Assembly (NCBI RefSeq): GCF_964213995.1
Contig: NW_027590120.1
Coordinates: forward strand, 1,116,001 to 1,180,000
Length of the DNA stretch: 64,000 nucleotides
Direction: 5' to 3'
Origin: Mustelus asterias
Taxonomy: Eukaryota
In this document: one piece after another, positions 1 to 13,639 of the stretch
How positions within the stretch are numbered: the stretch's first letter is position 1
Layout of the letters: every line of letters begins with the position of its first letter
The notes under the pieces: model-generated
The model's database searches: none
Seen by the model: only the letters and a program-made list of their open reading frames with translations
Told to the model about the DNA's origin: nothing
Position numbers and translations under genes: made by a program

Positions 1-2131
1 GCGTGATTGAGAGCACCCTGGTGGATGTGCCCCTACACAACAAGTACTCCTGCCTGAGTACTGTTGGGGGGGACAGCCCGCCTGGGGGAAGCAGCAGTGG
101 CCGTGTCTCCGGGGTGGAGTCCGGCCCTGTAACTCAGAGGGCTAAAGAAAAGAGGGGAAGGCGGTATTAATCGGGGACTCGGCAGTCAGGGGGACGGACA
201 GGCGATTTTGCGGAGGCAGGCAGGAGTCTCGGATGCTGGTCTGCCTCCCTGGGGCTGGGATTCAGGATGTCGCTGGGCGAGTCCCAGAAATCCTGAGGGG
301 GGAGGGAGAGGAGCCGGAGGTAGCGGTACATATTGGTACCGCTGATGTGGGTAGGAAGGGGGAAGGGGTCATGAAAAGAGAGTATAGGGAATTAGGGAGA
401 CAGCCGAGAAGGAGGAAAGCAAAGGTAGTAATCTCAGGATTGCTGCCTGTGCCACGGGAAGGCGAGGACAGGAATGGAGTGAGGTGGAGGATGAATGTGT
501 GGCTGAGGGACTGGTGCAGGGGGCAGGGATTCAGGTTCCTGGACCATTGGGACCTCTTCAGGGGCAGGTGTGACCTGCACACAAAAAACGGGTGGCACTT
601 GAATCCCAGGGGGACCAATATCCTGGCAGGAAGGTTGGCTAAGGCTACTGGGGAGAGTTTAAACTCGATAGGTTTGGGGGAGGGGATCAGAGTGAGGAAG
701 TTAGCTCGCAAACAGAGAAGGGTTATAGACAGTGCAAGAGGGTGGATGGACAGGGAATAGAGAAGGGGAGAGCTCAGACCAAAGGATTGAGATGTGTTTA
801 CTTTAATGCCAGGAGTATAGTGAATAAAGGGGATGAGCTCAGAGCGTGATCGATGCCTGGAAGTATGATGTGGTGGCCATTACGGAGACTTGGATGTCTC
901 AGGGACAGGACTGGATACTCCAGGTGCCGGGATTCAGATGTTTCAGGAAGGACAGGGAGGGAGGCAAGAGAGGGGGTGGAGTGGCACTGCTGATCAGGGA
1001 TAGTGTCACAGCTGTAGAGAAGGTGTATGCTGTGGAGGGATTGTCCACCGAGTCTCTGTGGGTGGAGGTACAGAGTGCAAAGGGGCCGGTCACTTTGCTG
1101 GGAGTTTTCTATAGGCCGCCTAATAGTAACAGGGAGGTGGAGGAGCAGATAGGGTAACAGATCCTGGAGAGATGCAGTAATAGCAGAGTTGTTGTGATGG
1201 GAGACTTTAATTTCCCAAACATAGATTGGAATATCCCGAGGATAAGGGGATTGGATGGGAAAGAGTTCATTCGGTGTGTTCAGGAGGGTTTCCTGACACA
1301 GCATGTGGACAAGCCTACAAGAGGAGAGGCTGTACTTGATCTGATACTGACCAATGAACCTGGACAGGTGTCAGATCTCTCAGTGGGAGAGCATCTTGGG
1401 GATAGCGGTCATAACTCTATCTCCTTTAGGCTTGCATTAGAAAAAAACGAGAGGATCAGGCAAGCCAGGAAAGTGTTTATATGGAGTAAGGGGAAATATG
1501 AAGACATTAGACAGCAAATTAGAGTAGTAAATTGGAAGGAGGTATTCTCAGGGAAATGTACTGAAGAGAGGTGGCAGTTTTTCAAGGAATGCCTGTCTAG
1601 AGTTCTACAGAACAACGTTCCGAGCAGACAGGGAGGTGTTGGTCAGTTAAAGGAACCGTGGTGCACGAAAGCTGTGCGGGACCAAGTCGAGAAGAAAAGG
1701 AAAGCGTACAAAAGACTCAGAGCTTGGCAAAGATAGGGATTTAGAAGAGTATACGACTTGTCGGAAGGGACTAAAGGAGGAAATTAGGAGAGCCAGAATG
1801 GGTCACAAGAAGGCCCTGGCAGGTAGGATTAAGGAGAACCCTAAGGCGTTCTATAAATATGTGAAGAGTAAAAGGATGAGACGTGATGGAATAGGGCCTA
1901 TAAAAGGTGAAGGCGGGAAAGTCTGTACAGAACCAGTAGAAATGGCAGAGGCGCTCTGAGTATTTTGCCTCTGTTTTCACAGAGGAGAAGGACCTGGGTG
2001 GATGTACTGCGGGCTTGTGGTGGACTGAAAAGATTGAGTATGTGGACTTTAAGAAAGAGGTTGTGCTGGAATCTTTGAATGGCATCAAGATAGATAAGTC
2101 GCCGGGTCCGGATGGGATGGACCCCAGGTTA
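1..2131 (+). mobile_element. CR1-clade LINE, ORF1 esterase region plus ORF2 endonuclease, 3'-truncated and disrupted
   Basis: ORF 233-760 has CR1 ORF1 SGNH-esterase motifs (CLPGA, VHIGT, VISGLLPVPR, DHWDLF, HLNPRG). Downstream APE motifs are YFNARS, AITETW, GGGVALL, YRPP, GDFNFP and LDL. In-frame stops at about 847 and 1155, plus frameshifts. Confidence 0.9.
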
Positions 2132-5100
2132 CTCGGCCTGGGGAGGTTTGTTGCTGGCTTTAAAAAGGGATTGTCTTGGAGGTTTCAGCCTCACTGTTCC
2201 ACAGAGAGAGCTGAGGGGAAGAGAGAGTGTTTTTTAGTGGAGATTTATTATTTTTTTCAGTTAATTTTGTGCGTAAAATCAGAGGGTTTTTTTTTCAAAA
2301 CCGGAAGTAGGCCTGGGGAGGTTTGTTGCTGGCTTTAAAAGGCAGGCAGCACTTACGAGCGGGCAGTGGAGCAAGTGAAGCAGAGTGAGAGCTGTCAGGG
2401 CTTTGGCTCAGAGGGCTTAGGCGGTAAGGGCGAGGCAGGGCAAGTTATTTTTATCCAAACCTATATAGGAAAAGGGTAACTATGAATGATAGGCCAGTTC
2501 TGTGCTTCCGGTGTGGGATGTGGGAGTTCCTGGAAACACCTAGCCTCCCGGAGGACCACATTTGCGCCAGGTGCGTGGAACTGCAGCTCCTGAGGGACCG
2601 CGTCACGGAGCAGGAGCTGCAGATTGCTGACCTTGGTCTAGTCAGGGAGAATGAGAATAATTGACACGAGTTATAGGGAACTAGTTACACCGGGGCATCG
2701 GGAGGAAGACACGTGGGTCACAGTTAGGAGTAGTAAAGGTCAGAAGGGTAATGTACCAGAGAGTATTCCAGTGGCTGTCTCTCATAATAGGAAGGGCTCG
2801 GCGACAGGTGTGAGAGGGGAGGGGAGTGAGCAATTAGTGGAGGGGGTCACCTGTGGTTGTCCCCCTCCAAAACAAGTATATTGTTTTGGATAGTGTGGAG
2901 GAGGATGACTCTCCAGGGGTAAGCCACAGTGACCAGGTCACTGGCACAGAGTCAGGCTCTGTGGCCCCGGAAAGGAAAGAGAGGGGTTAGGAGAGCAATA
3001 GTGGTGGGGGATGCATCGGTTAGAGGCACGGACAGGCGATTCTGTGGGTGCGAACAGGACTCCAGGATGGTAGTCTGCCTACCTGGTACTGGGGTAATGG
3101 ATGTCACCAAGTGGATAGGAGGCATCTTAAAAAGGGGAAGATAAAGAAACGGATGTCATTGTACACACTGGTGCAAATGACGTAGATAGGAAGCACAGGG
3201 GGATCCTACGAGAGCAATTCAGGGAGTTGGGAAATAGACTAAAAAGTAGGGCCTCCAGGGTGGCCATCGCTGGTCTGCTCCCAATGCCTCGTGCCAGTGA
3301 GGCTAAGAATAGGGAGTCAGTACAATTGAATGCTTGGCTAAAGGACTGGTCCAGGAGGGAGGGCTTCATTTTCCTAGATCAATGGGAAGTTCAGGAGAGG
3401 ATGGCACCTGTACAAGGAGGACGGGTCACAACTAAGTTGGAAGGGCACGAATATCCTGGCTGGGAGTTTTGCTAGTGCAGTTCGGGGGGGGGGTTTAAAC
3501 TAGTATGGCAGGGGGGTGGGGATCAAAATATTAGGTCTACAAGTGTCGAGGCTGGGGACGAGCTTGGGGCTGGGACAAGGCTGGCAAAGAAGAAGTGCAC
3601 TCTGGGGGAGGATGACCTCACTGGGCCTGGAGGTCTGGAGTGCTTATACTTCAATGCAAGGAGCGTAGCAGGTAAGACAGACAAACTTAGGGCCTTAATG
3701 CTCACAAGGAATTTGGATGTGGTTGCAGTGACAGAGACTTGGTTGAAAGAGGGACTGGACTGGCAGCTGAACATTCCGGGGTACAAGTGTTTTAGGTGAG
3801 ACAGAGGAGGGGCCAAAAGAGGTGGGGGAATAGCAGTATTAGTTGGAGAGCATATTACAGCAGTGCAGAAGGAGGACAATTCAGAGGGGTTGTGTAACAA
3901 GTCACTCTGGGTGGAGCTTAGAAACAGGAAGAGTGCAGTCACTATGTTGGGGGTATACTACAGGCCCCCCAACAGCCCAAGGGAAGTGGAAGAACGGATA
4001 TGTCAGGAGATACTGGATAGGTGCAGGAAAAATAGGGTTGTTGTAGTGGGAGACTTCAATTTCCCTGGTATAGACTGGAAATCGCTGAGAGCAGGGACTC
4101 TGAATGGGGAGGAATTTGTAAAATGCGTACAGGAGAGTTCTTTGGAACAATATGTAGATAGCCCGACTCGAGAGGGGGCTATACTGGACCTAGTACTGGG
4201 GAATGAGCCCGGTCAGGTCTTCAAAGTTTCGGTAGGGGAACATGTGACAAATAGTGACCACAATTGTTAGCTTTAGGATAGCGATGGAAAAGGATGAGTG
4301 GTGTCCCAAGGGTAAGGTGTTGGATTGGGGGAAGGCTAACTTTAGTGGGATTAGGCAGAAATTGGCAGCTCTTGATTGGGAGAGGCTGTTTGAGGGTAAA
4401 TCCACATCTGGCATGTGGGAGTCTTTTAAGGAACAGTTGTTAGGGCTACAGGACAGGCATGTGCCCGTAAAAAAGGATAGGATTCAAGAACCGTGGATAA
4501 CCAGGGAAATTGAGGGACTGGTCAAAAAGAAAAGAGGCGTATGTTAGGTCCAGGCAGCTAAAAACGGAGGGAGCTCTGGAGGAATACAAAGAAAGTAGGA
4601 AAGAACTCAAACAGGGAATTAGAAGGGCAAAAAGGGGTCACGAAATGTCCTTGGCAGACAGGATTAAGGAGAATCCCAAGGCATTTTATTCATACGTTAG
4701 GAACAAAAGGGTTGTCAGGGGAAAAAAAAATTGGACCTCAGGGACAAAAGTGGGGAATTATGCTTGGAGCCCAAAGAAGTCGGGGAGATCCGAAATGAAT
4801 ACTTTGCGTCGGTATTCACAAAGGAGAGGGATGTGTTGACTGGGAGTGTCTGAGGGGAGTGTTGAACCGTTGGAGAAAATCTCCATTACAAGGGAGGAAG
4901 TGTTAGGTTTGTTAGAGAATATAAAGACTGACAAATCCCCAGGGCCTGATGGAATCTATCCAAGGCTGCTCAGGGAGACGAGAGATGAAATCGCTGGGCC
5001 TCTGACACAAATCTTTGTCTCGTCACTGGACACAGGTGAGGTCCCAGAGGATAGCTAATGTGGTCCCGTTATTTAACCCAGGTAATTATAGGCCGGTGAG

Positions 5101-6004
5101 CTTGACATCCGTGGTGGGGAAGTTGTTGAAGATGTGACTGGAATGGTTGACGGGGGAAGGGCCGTGGATGTCGTCTATATGGACTTCAGTAAAGCGTTTG
5201 ACAAAGTCCCTCATGGTAGGCTGGTGAAAAAGATTGGATCTCATGGGATAAAGGGGGAGGTGGCTAGATGGGTGGAGAACTGGCTTGGTCACAGAAGACA
5301 GAGGGTGGTAGTGGAAGGGTCTTTTTCCGGCTGGATGCCTGTGACTAGTGGTGTTCCGCAGGGCTCTGTATTGGGACCTCTGCTGTTTGTGATTTATATA
5401 AACGATCTGGAAGAAGGTGTAACTGGGGTGATCAGTAAGTTTGCGGACGACACAAAATTGGCAGGACTTGCAGATAGTGAGGAGCATTGTCAGAGGCTAC
5501 AGAAGGATATAGATAGGCTGGAAATTTGGGCAAAGAAATGGCAGATGGAGTTCAATCCTGATGAATGCGAAGTGATGCATTTTGGTAGAAATAATGTAGG
5601 GAGGAGCTATACGATAAATGGCAGAACCATAAAGGGTGTAGATACGCAGAGGGACCTGGGTGTGCAAGGCCACAGATCCTTGAAGGTGACGTCACAGGTG
5701 GAGAAGGTGGTGAAGGCAGCATACGGCATGCTTGCCTTTATAGGACAGGGCATAGAGTATAAAGGTTGGGGTCTGATGTTGCAGATGTATAGAACATTGG
5801 TTCGGCCGCATTTGGAATACTGCGTCCAGTTCTGGTCGCCACACTACCAGAAGGACGTGGAGGTTTTGGAGAGAGTCCAGAGGAGGTTTACCAGGATATT
5901 GCCTGGTATGGAGCGGCTTAGTTATGAGGAGAGATTGGATAAACTGGGGTTGTTCTCCCTGGAAAGACGGAGGATGTGGGGAGACTTAATAGAGGTGTAT
6001 AAAA
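2132..6004 (+). mobile_element. Second CR1-clade LINE, near full length (5'UTR, ORF1 zinc finger and esterase, APE, RT), decayed
   Basis: ORF1 start CFRCGMW...CARC at 2482, esterase at 3000-3500, APE at 3630-4270. RT motifs YMDFSKAFDKV, GVPQGSVLGP, FADDTK and RPHLEYC lie in ORF 5134-6004. A 5'UTR repeat ggcctggggaggtttgttgctggctttaaaa occurs at about 2135 and 2310. Confidence 0.9.
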
Positions 6005-6650
6005 GGTCCCTCTACGGAGGGATCTCCCCCAATTACGTCGGGGACCTGGGGTGGAGGGTGATGCATGCAGCAGTTCCGCACAACCGTAGGATTCACTGGT
6101 TCACGGGCCCCGAAGACTGCCCTTTCTGTGGCCTTGTGGAGTCCGTGGACCATGTCCATGTTGAGTGTCTTAGGCTGCACTCCTTTTATGTTTTCCTAAA
6201 GAACCTTTTATTGATGTTTTGTCTGCACTTCAGTCCCACGCTCCTGATCTACGGACCCGGTGCGGAGAGGGGAGGGTCGGGATGGCGACCTCCTCATGAA
6301 CCTGCTCCTGGGCCTGGCGAAACACGCCATTTACCGGTCCAGGCAGCAGGCGATCGAGGGGGCCGTCCACCCTGACTGTCTTCCCCTCTACCGCAGCTAC
6401 GTTCGCGGCCAGGTGTCCCTGGAGAGGGAGCGTGCGGTGTCCACGGGCGCGGTTGACGCTTTCCGTGCCCGTTGAGCACCGCAGAGGTTGGGGTGCATTA
6501 TTGACCCTAATAATCACATTTTAAATTGATCTTTAAGTTTCCTTTGTACTTTGATTTCTGTTCGGGCTGTTCCCCCTCCTTTTGGGGAACTGCCCCGTTT
6601 ACTTTGTCCTGACTTAACCTGAGTTTGTTTATTTGGTTTGACCTTAAAAG
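6005..6650 (+). mobile_element. Tx1/L1-clade LINE 3' fragment (ORF2 C-terminal zf-RVT region and 3'UTR)
   Basis: Translation DLGWRVMHAAV...CPFCGLVESVDHVHVEC.RL...LLLGLAKHAIYRSR is the CCHC C-terminus typical of Tx1-like ORF2, followed by a T-rich tail. Confidence 0.75.
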
Positions 6651-7332
6651 AGGGCAACATCTGTGAGTAACACACTTTCTTGGAGCTTGCTTGCTGGAGA
6701 TGCCCGTTTTCTATTGTTTCTGCCGAATTGTTGGCTTCCTGCAAGGAAGAAGGGAGGAGGGAAGGGGAGGAAGGTGAGCTATCGCCTGCCTGCGGTCCGC
6801 TGGAGGGTGCTCTCTCCCTGGAGGGAGAGGGGGAAAGAGGACACGGAGACACACTCTTTCTTTACTTTTTTCCACCTACGGGAGGGAAGACTGCACCGGG
6901 GGGGAGGGGGGGGGGGGGGGGGGGGGGGGGAAAGACACCCTGGACTTAGTTTGCGCCCAAGAGAGCTGGAAGAGTAAAGTCCCCCTCCCCACTGCTGCTG
7001 CCCCCAACACCGGCACTCCCTCCCTCCTGACTGGGGCACCAGCCCTCCTCAGTGCCCTCTCCCTCGGGTACGATCTGCACCTGCGTCCGTGCAGATTGCC
7101 ACTTTACCGAAACCCGGAATGGCGGTGATCCGCTTTGCGCCCAAAACAGGTGCAATGGCGATTTAAATTGAATGAATGAACTGCCCGCCCAACTTTCCCC
7201 CTTCACCACCGCGTTTGCCAATCCGGAACCGCACCGTAATGGACCTGCTCAATAAAAGTCTGAATCGGGTTCTCCAGCTTCTGAAGGGCACGTTCAGTGT
7301 TTCCAACGGCTCTGACTCAGATCAGTGGTGGT

Positions 7333-7368
<36 letters not shown>

Positions 7369-7419
7369 AGAGAGAGAAAGTGGGTTGACTGATGTGTGGG
7401 TAATGGGGAGGGGTTTGAT

Positions 7420-7625
7420 TCTTTACTCAGTGGTTGGGGTGTGGAATGGACTACCTGCTGTGATAGTGGAGTCAGACACTTTAGGAACATTTAAGCGGTT
7501 ATTGGATAGGCTCATGGAGCACACCAGGATGATAGAGAGTGGGATAGCTTGATTTTGGACAAAGCTCAGCACAACATCAAGGGCCGAAGGGCCTGTACTG
7601 TACTATGTTCTGTGTGTTCCATGTA
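7420..7625 (+). mobile_element. CR1 3' end fragment
   Basis: VVGVWNGLPAVIVESDTLGTFKRLLD C-terminus plus gggccgaagggcctgt and tgttct tail. Confidence 0.75.
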
Positions 7626-8383
7626 ATCCAAGGTTGTCCTCCTCGCTATTTACCACACCACCAATGACAATTTGTTCAATTCTATCACACACCCGTCCCT
7701 GCTTTCTGTACCTACATTGTCCTTCCACACAGTGAACACAGATGCAAAATACTCATTTAGTACCTCAAATACATCTTCCGGCTCCACACCAAAGTTGTCT
7801 AATGGGCAATTGGTTCCTAACCAACCTACTCTTTTCCCGATTACCCTCTTGCCCTTAAAATATAAATAAAAGATCTTGTGATTTTTTCTTTAGTTCTAAC
7901 CTTCTGTGGCAACACACTGCCTCAATAAGACATTGGGACTCAGAGTGTTGATGCAGTTTGATGGACAAGTTGTCTCCATTCTGAACAATGGGGAACAAGC
8001 CCCTCCCATTCACTGACAATTTGCCCCTTACAAAGATGGTGATCACCCATCCACACATCGCCATCTTTATTGGGGGCAGTCATTAAGATCTCAGGGATCT
8101 TTGACCCGCTTGATGCAAATGAGGGAACTGGTGAATTTTCTTTCTGCACTGTAAAGAAGCGGTGATGCGAGTTCCTGACTGATGGGGAAAGATCACAGAC
8201 AGCAGTTCTTAAAGGGAAATGGCAATCCTGAAAACACAATCAGCTCTAGATCCAGAATATTAAACTCCAGCCCAGTTACAGGGATTATTATCAGCAGAAA
8301 CAAACCTCAAATGTCAGAATGAATGTGGCTCACTCCTGGATGTGATTAACAGCAGCAGCTACAGCAGAATCCACTCCCTGCAC

Positions 8384-9188
<805 letters not shown>

Positions 9189-9335
9189 CTGCAAAAGGAG
9201 TTTACAAAACTACTGTCAGTCCAGGATAGAAATTCTGATCAGACAAGTCTAATTTCAAAGGGAACAACTTTTCTGTTCTTGTTCCCCAAAACAGTAAATC
9301 TATGTCCCACACACTCTCCCTCCTCCCTGAGTTGA

Positions 9336-9650
9336 GGGCAGCACGGTGGCACAGTGGTTAGCACTGCTGCCTCACAGCACCAAGGACCCAAGTTTGATTC
9401 CCAGCTTGGGTCACAGTCTGTTTGCACATTCTCCCCATGTCTGCATGGGTTTTCACCAAGTGCTCTGGTTTCCTCCCACAGTCCAAACAGGTGCAGGTTA
9501 GGTGAATTGGCTATGCTAAATTACCCCTAGTGTCAGGGGGACTAGCTCAGGTAAATGCATTGGCTAATGGGGATAGGGCGTGGACGGGATTGTGGTCAGT
9601 GCAGACTCGATGGGCCAAATGGCCTCCTTCTGCACTGTCGGATTCTAGGA
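9336..9650 (+). mobile_element. HE1-type tRNA-derived SINE
   Basis: gggcagcacggtggcacagtggttagcactgctgcctcacag head, central ttctccccatgtctgc domain, gatgggccaaatggcctccttctgcactgt tail. Confidence 0.85.
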
Positions 9651-9844
9651 GATCGAAATGAAATGTTGCATATTTTTCATTCATCCTCACAACTAATTTT
9701 TCCAAATCACTCCAAGGCCTTTTCTTCCCTATCTCTGGAATCACCTCCAGCATTGCTCCAATTCTGGCTTCCTGCACATTCCCTATTTTAATCACTCCAC
9801 CATTAGTGACTAGACCTTCAGTGCACAGGGATGACTTCTCAAAG

Positions 9845-10160
9845 AATTCCTACAGTGCAGAAGGAAAGCATTTGGCCCATCAAGTCTGCACCAACTCTGA
9901 ATATTTTACCCCTGATCTATACCTGTAACCCATGTTTTTACCCCACTAATCCACCTTACCTGTACATCTTTGTACACGGAGGGGCAATATAGCATGGCCA
10001 ATCCCTCTGAGCGTCACATCTTTGGACAGTGGGAGGAAACCAGAGCACCCAGAGGAAACCCACACAATCACAGGGATAACGTGCAAACTCCACACAGACA
10101 GTGACCCAAGGCTGGAATCGAACCTGGGTCCTTGGAGCTGAGAGGCAGTGTTAACCACCC
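9845..10160 (-). mobile_element. HE1-type SINE
   Basis: Reverse complement of the same SINE consensus. Confidence 0.8.
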
Positions 10161-10299
10161 TGATATTAATGGTGTTTTATCAATAGAAGTTGTTGTTGGC
10201 TGTAACCCTCAATTCCGGTTTTCAACAACAGTTTGTTATGAAATCAATCTGATTTTTTTGTCCCCTGTGGGTTATTCATTTGGTTTCACCCCCAAGAAA

Positions 10300-10545
10300 T
10301 ACGGTGGCTGTGCATGCGTTGTTCCAAATTACCCTCAATAAAGATGGCGGATGCGCAGGCACTTTGCAGTACGTGGATCCCTATAAAGATGGTGGATATT
10401 AACTCGGTCCTGAAGCCTCCGGAAGGCCCAAGGAATTTGCTTTGCTAATTGAGGCCAACATCGGGTGTTTATAAAGCCTCACCACCCACCCACCAACTCC
10501 ATTTATGTTTCCAGTTTTATTTCGGGCTCTGCATCCGCACTCAGT
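10300..10545 (-). promoter_or_regulatory. CpG-island remnant / first-intron segment of ZNF locus A
   Basis: YY1-type aagatggcgg at about 10341. The reverse-oriented ggtggtgaggctttataaacacccg motif is paralogous to motifs at about 14350, 22485, 32460 and 45655. Confidence 0.5.
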
Positions 10546-11530
10546 CTTTGTAAACACACTCCTCTTAGAGTGAAGGGCAAGGCTGGCAGAAGTCGGGAAC
10601 CCTGGATGACTCGGGATATTGAGGCCCTGGTCAAGAAGAAGAAAGAGGCAGATGACATGCATAGGGAGCTGGGATCAAGTGAATCCCTTGGCGTATAGGG
10701 GGTGTAGGAGTAGAGTTAAGCGATAAATCAGGAGTGCAAAAAGGGGACAGAAGATTGTTTTGGCAGATAAGGCAAAGGAGAATCCAAAGAGCTTCTACAA
10801 ATACATAAAGGGCAAAAGAGTAACAAGGGAGAGAGTAGGGCCTCTTAAGGATCAACAAGGTCACCTATGTGAGGATCCACAAGAGATGGGTGAGATCCTA
10901 TAATGAATATTTCTCATCAGTATTTACTGTTGAGAAAAGCATGGAACTTGGGGAAATAGTGATGTCTTGAGGAGTGTACATATTACAGAGAAGGAGGTGC
11001 TCGAAGTCTTAAAGTGCATCAAGGTAGATAAATCCCCAGGACCTGAAGAAGTGTATCCCAGAACATTGTGTGAGGCGAGGGAGGAAATTGCAGTTCCCCG
11101 AGCTGAGATATTTGAATCATCGATAGTCACGGGTGAGGTGCCTGAAGATTGGAGTGTGGCAAATGTTGTGCCTTTGTTTAAAAAGGGCTGCAGGGAAAAG
11201 CCTGGGAACGACAGGCCAGTGAGCCTCACATCTGTGGTGGGTAAATTGTTGGAGGGTATTTTGATCCACAGGCATTTAGAGACGCAAGGACTGATTAGGG
11301 ACAGTTCTGCATAGCTTTGAGTGGAAAATCATGTCTCACAAACTTGACTGAGTTTTTTTTGAAGGGGTAACCAAGAAGGTAGGTGAGGGGAGTGCAGTTG
11401 ATGTTATCGACAAAGACTTTAAGCAAGGCCTTTGACAAGGTACCACACGGTAGGTTGTTACACAAGGTTAAATCTCACGGGATCCAGGGTGAGGTGTCTA
11501 AATGGATACAAAATTGGCTTCTTGACAGAA

Positions 11531-11742
11531 TAAGTAGTCTCACAACACCAGGTTAAAGTCCAACAGGTTTATTTGGTAGCCAATACCACAAGCTTTCGGA
11601 GCACTGCTCCTTCGTCAGATGGAGCAGTGCTCTGAAAGCTTATGGTATTTGCTACCAAATAAACCTGTTGGACTTTAACCTGGTGTTGTGAGACTTCTTA
11701 TTGTGTTCATCCCAGTCCAACGCCGGCACCTCCACATCATGA
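11531..11742. mobile_element. Palindromic non-autonomous Penelope-like (pseudo-LTR) element with 13-bp target-site duplication
   Basis: cttcttgacagaa at 11518-11530 and 11743-11755. Arms agtctcacaacaccaggttaaagtccaacaggtttatttggtagc are inverted about 11615. Confidence 0.8.
11586..11622 (-). ncRNA. Minimal type I hammerhead ribozyme core
   Basis: Minus strand reads CCAU-CUGACGA-A-GGAGC-AGU-GCUCC-GAAA-GC-UU-GUGG: CUGANGA and GAAA boxes, 5-bp stem II, stem I CCAU/GUGG, palindromic AAGCUU stem III. Confidence 0.7.
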
Positions 11743-13067
11743 CTTCTTGACAGAAGCCAGAGGATGGGTTGTAGTGAATTGTTTTTCAAACGGGAGGACT
11801 GTGACCAGCGGTGTGCCTCAGGGATCAGTGCTGGGTCCACTGTTATTTGGCATTTATATTCATGATTTGGATGAGAATATGGGCGGCGTGGTTAGTAAGT
11901 TTGCAGATGACACTAAGATTAGTGGCATAATGGACAGTGAAGAGTTATCTTGATCAATTGGACCAGTGGGCTGACGAATGGCAGATGGAGTTTAATTTGG
12001 ATAAATGCGAGGTGATGCATCTTGGTAGATCGAACCAGGGCAGGACTTACTCAGTTCAGGAGAGTTATAGAACAAAGATCATGGGGTACAGGTTCATAGC
12101 TCCTTGAAAGTGGAGTCACAGATGGACAGAGTGGTGAAGAAGGCATTTGGCATGCTTGGTTTCATTGGTCAGAACATTGAATGCAGAAGTTGGCACAATT
12201 TGTTGAAGTTGTACAAGACATTGGTAAGACCACATTTGGAATACTGTGTACAGTTCTGGTCACCCTATTATAGGAAGGATAATATTAAACTAGAAAGTGT
12301 GCAGAGAAGTTTTACGAGGATGCTACCAGGACTTGGTGTGAATGACAAGGAGGCGCTGGATAGAGGGAGGGGAGGGGAGGGGAGGGTCAGGAAGGCAGGC
12401 CCCAGCTCCCCCACTCTCAGGGCACTGAGCGGCACCTGCCTCCCCACAGGCAGCACTAACTCCAGGCCCAAGTGGGCAGGAGGCGGTGAAGCGGATCCTT
12501 ATCTGGGAGGCACTGACACATTTCCCCCAGGGCTGTGCAGGGCAGGGTATCTCAGTGCAGGGGGCCCCGCTCTCTCTGAGCCACAGCCCAAGGCACTGAC
12601 CAGTGCTTCCACACCAACCTAACCTGCTGGCACCAGAGGACCTGCAATTTTCTCCCGAGCCTCCCACTCCATCAAGTCCTGGGGATTTATCTACCTTGAT
12701 GTACTTTAAGACTTCCAGCACCTCCTTCTCTGCAGCACTATTTTAACCTCAATGAATATAAAATAACATTGTTAGCTATTGAGATAAATTAATTTTAAAA
12801 AATAAACACAAATTGCAAATTGATGATCTGCTATGTTAAATTGTCCTGTGGGACTACAGAGATTTAGAAACTTTTACTTTATCTCCTCTCTCTCCCCTTG
12901 ACTCTGGCTGGATTCAATCACAGTCACTGATTCCTCTCGTTCTGTCCCTTCCTGATTCTGAATATTCATTGTTTTACAGAATGATACAGCACAGATGGAA
13001 ACCATTCAGCTCAGTATGCCTGGAAGATCTATCCAATAAATTCAATAGCCCTGTTGGAAAAGTCAGA

Positions 13068-13618
13068 ACAATAAGGCCACACTTGGAATACTGTGTGCAG
13101 TTTTGGTCACCCTATTATAGAAAGGGTATTATTAAACTAGAGAGAGTGCAGAAGAGATTGACTGGGGTGCTACCGGACTTGATGGTTTGAGTTATAAGGA
13201 GAGGCTGGGACTTGTTTTTCTGGAGCGTAGGAGGCTGAGGGGTGACCTTATAGAGGTCTATAAAATAATGAGGGGCACAGATCAGCGAGATAGTCAATAT
13301 ATTTTCCCAAAGGTAGGAGAGTCTAAAACTAGAGGGCATAGGTTTAAGGTGAGAGGGGAGAGATACAGAAGTGTCCAGAGGGGCAGTTTGTTCACACAGA
13401 GGGTGGTGAGTGTCTGGAACAAGCTGCCAGAGGTAGTAGTAGAGGCCGGTACAATTTTATCTTTTAAAAAGCATTGAGACAGTTACATGGGTACGATGGG
13501 TACAGAGGGATATGGGCCAAATGCGGGCAATTGGGATCAGCTTAGGGGTTTTAAAAAGTGCAGCATGAACAAGTTGGGCCGAAGGGCCTGTTTCCAGGCT
13601 GTAAATCTCTGACTCTAT
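13068..13618 (+). mobile_element. CR1 3' fragment with 3'UTR
   Basis: RPHLEYCVQFWSP...LERRRLRGDLIEVYK...TRGHRFKV and gggccgaagggcctgtttcc tail. Confidence 0.88.
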
Positions 13619-13639
13619 AAAAATCCCCATTTAAAACCC

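Larger units (their letters stand above)
10560..12350 (+). mobile_element. Decayed CR1 ORF2 (RT region)
   Basis: EPWMTRDIEALVKKK, DKSPGP, RPVSLTSVVGK, GVPQGSVLGP, FADDTK and RPHLEYC spread over several frames. Confidence 0.88.

Noticed and set aside
6896-7368. Long poly-G runs (also 57568-57598) as functional G-quadruplexes
   Set aside because: Simple homopolymers of unreliable length with no supporting context.
9350-9356. cacagtg RSS heptamers throughout the window
   Set aside because: They are part of the HE1 SINE head and lack a nonamer at 12 or 23 bp.
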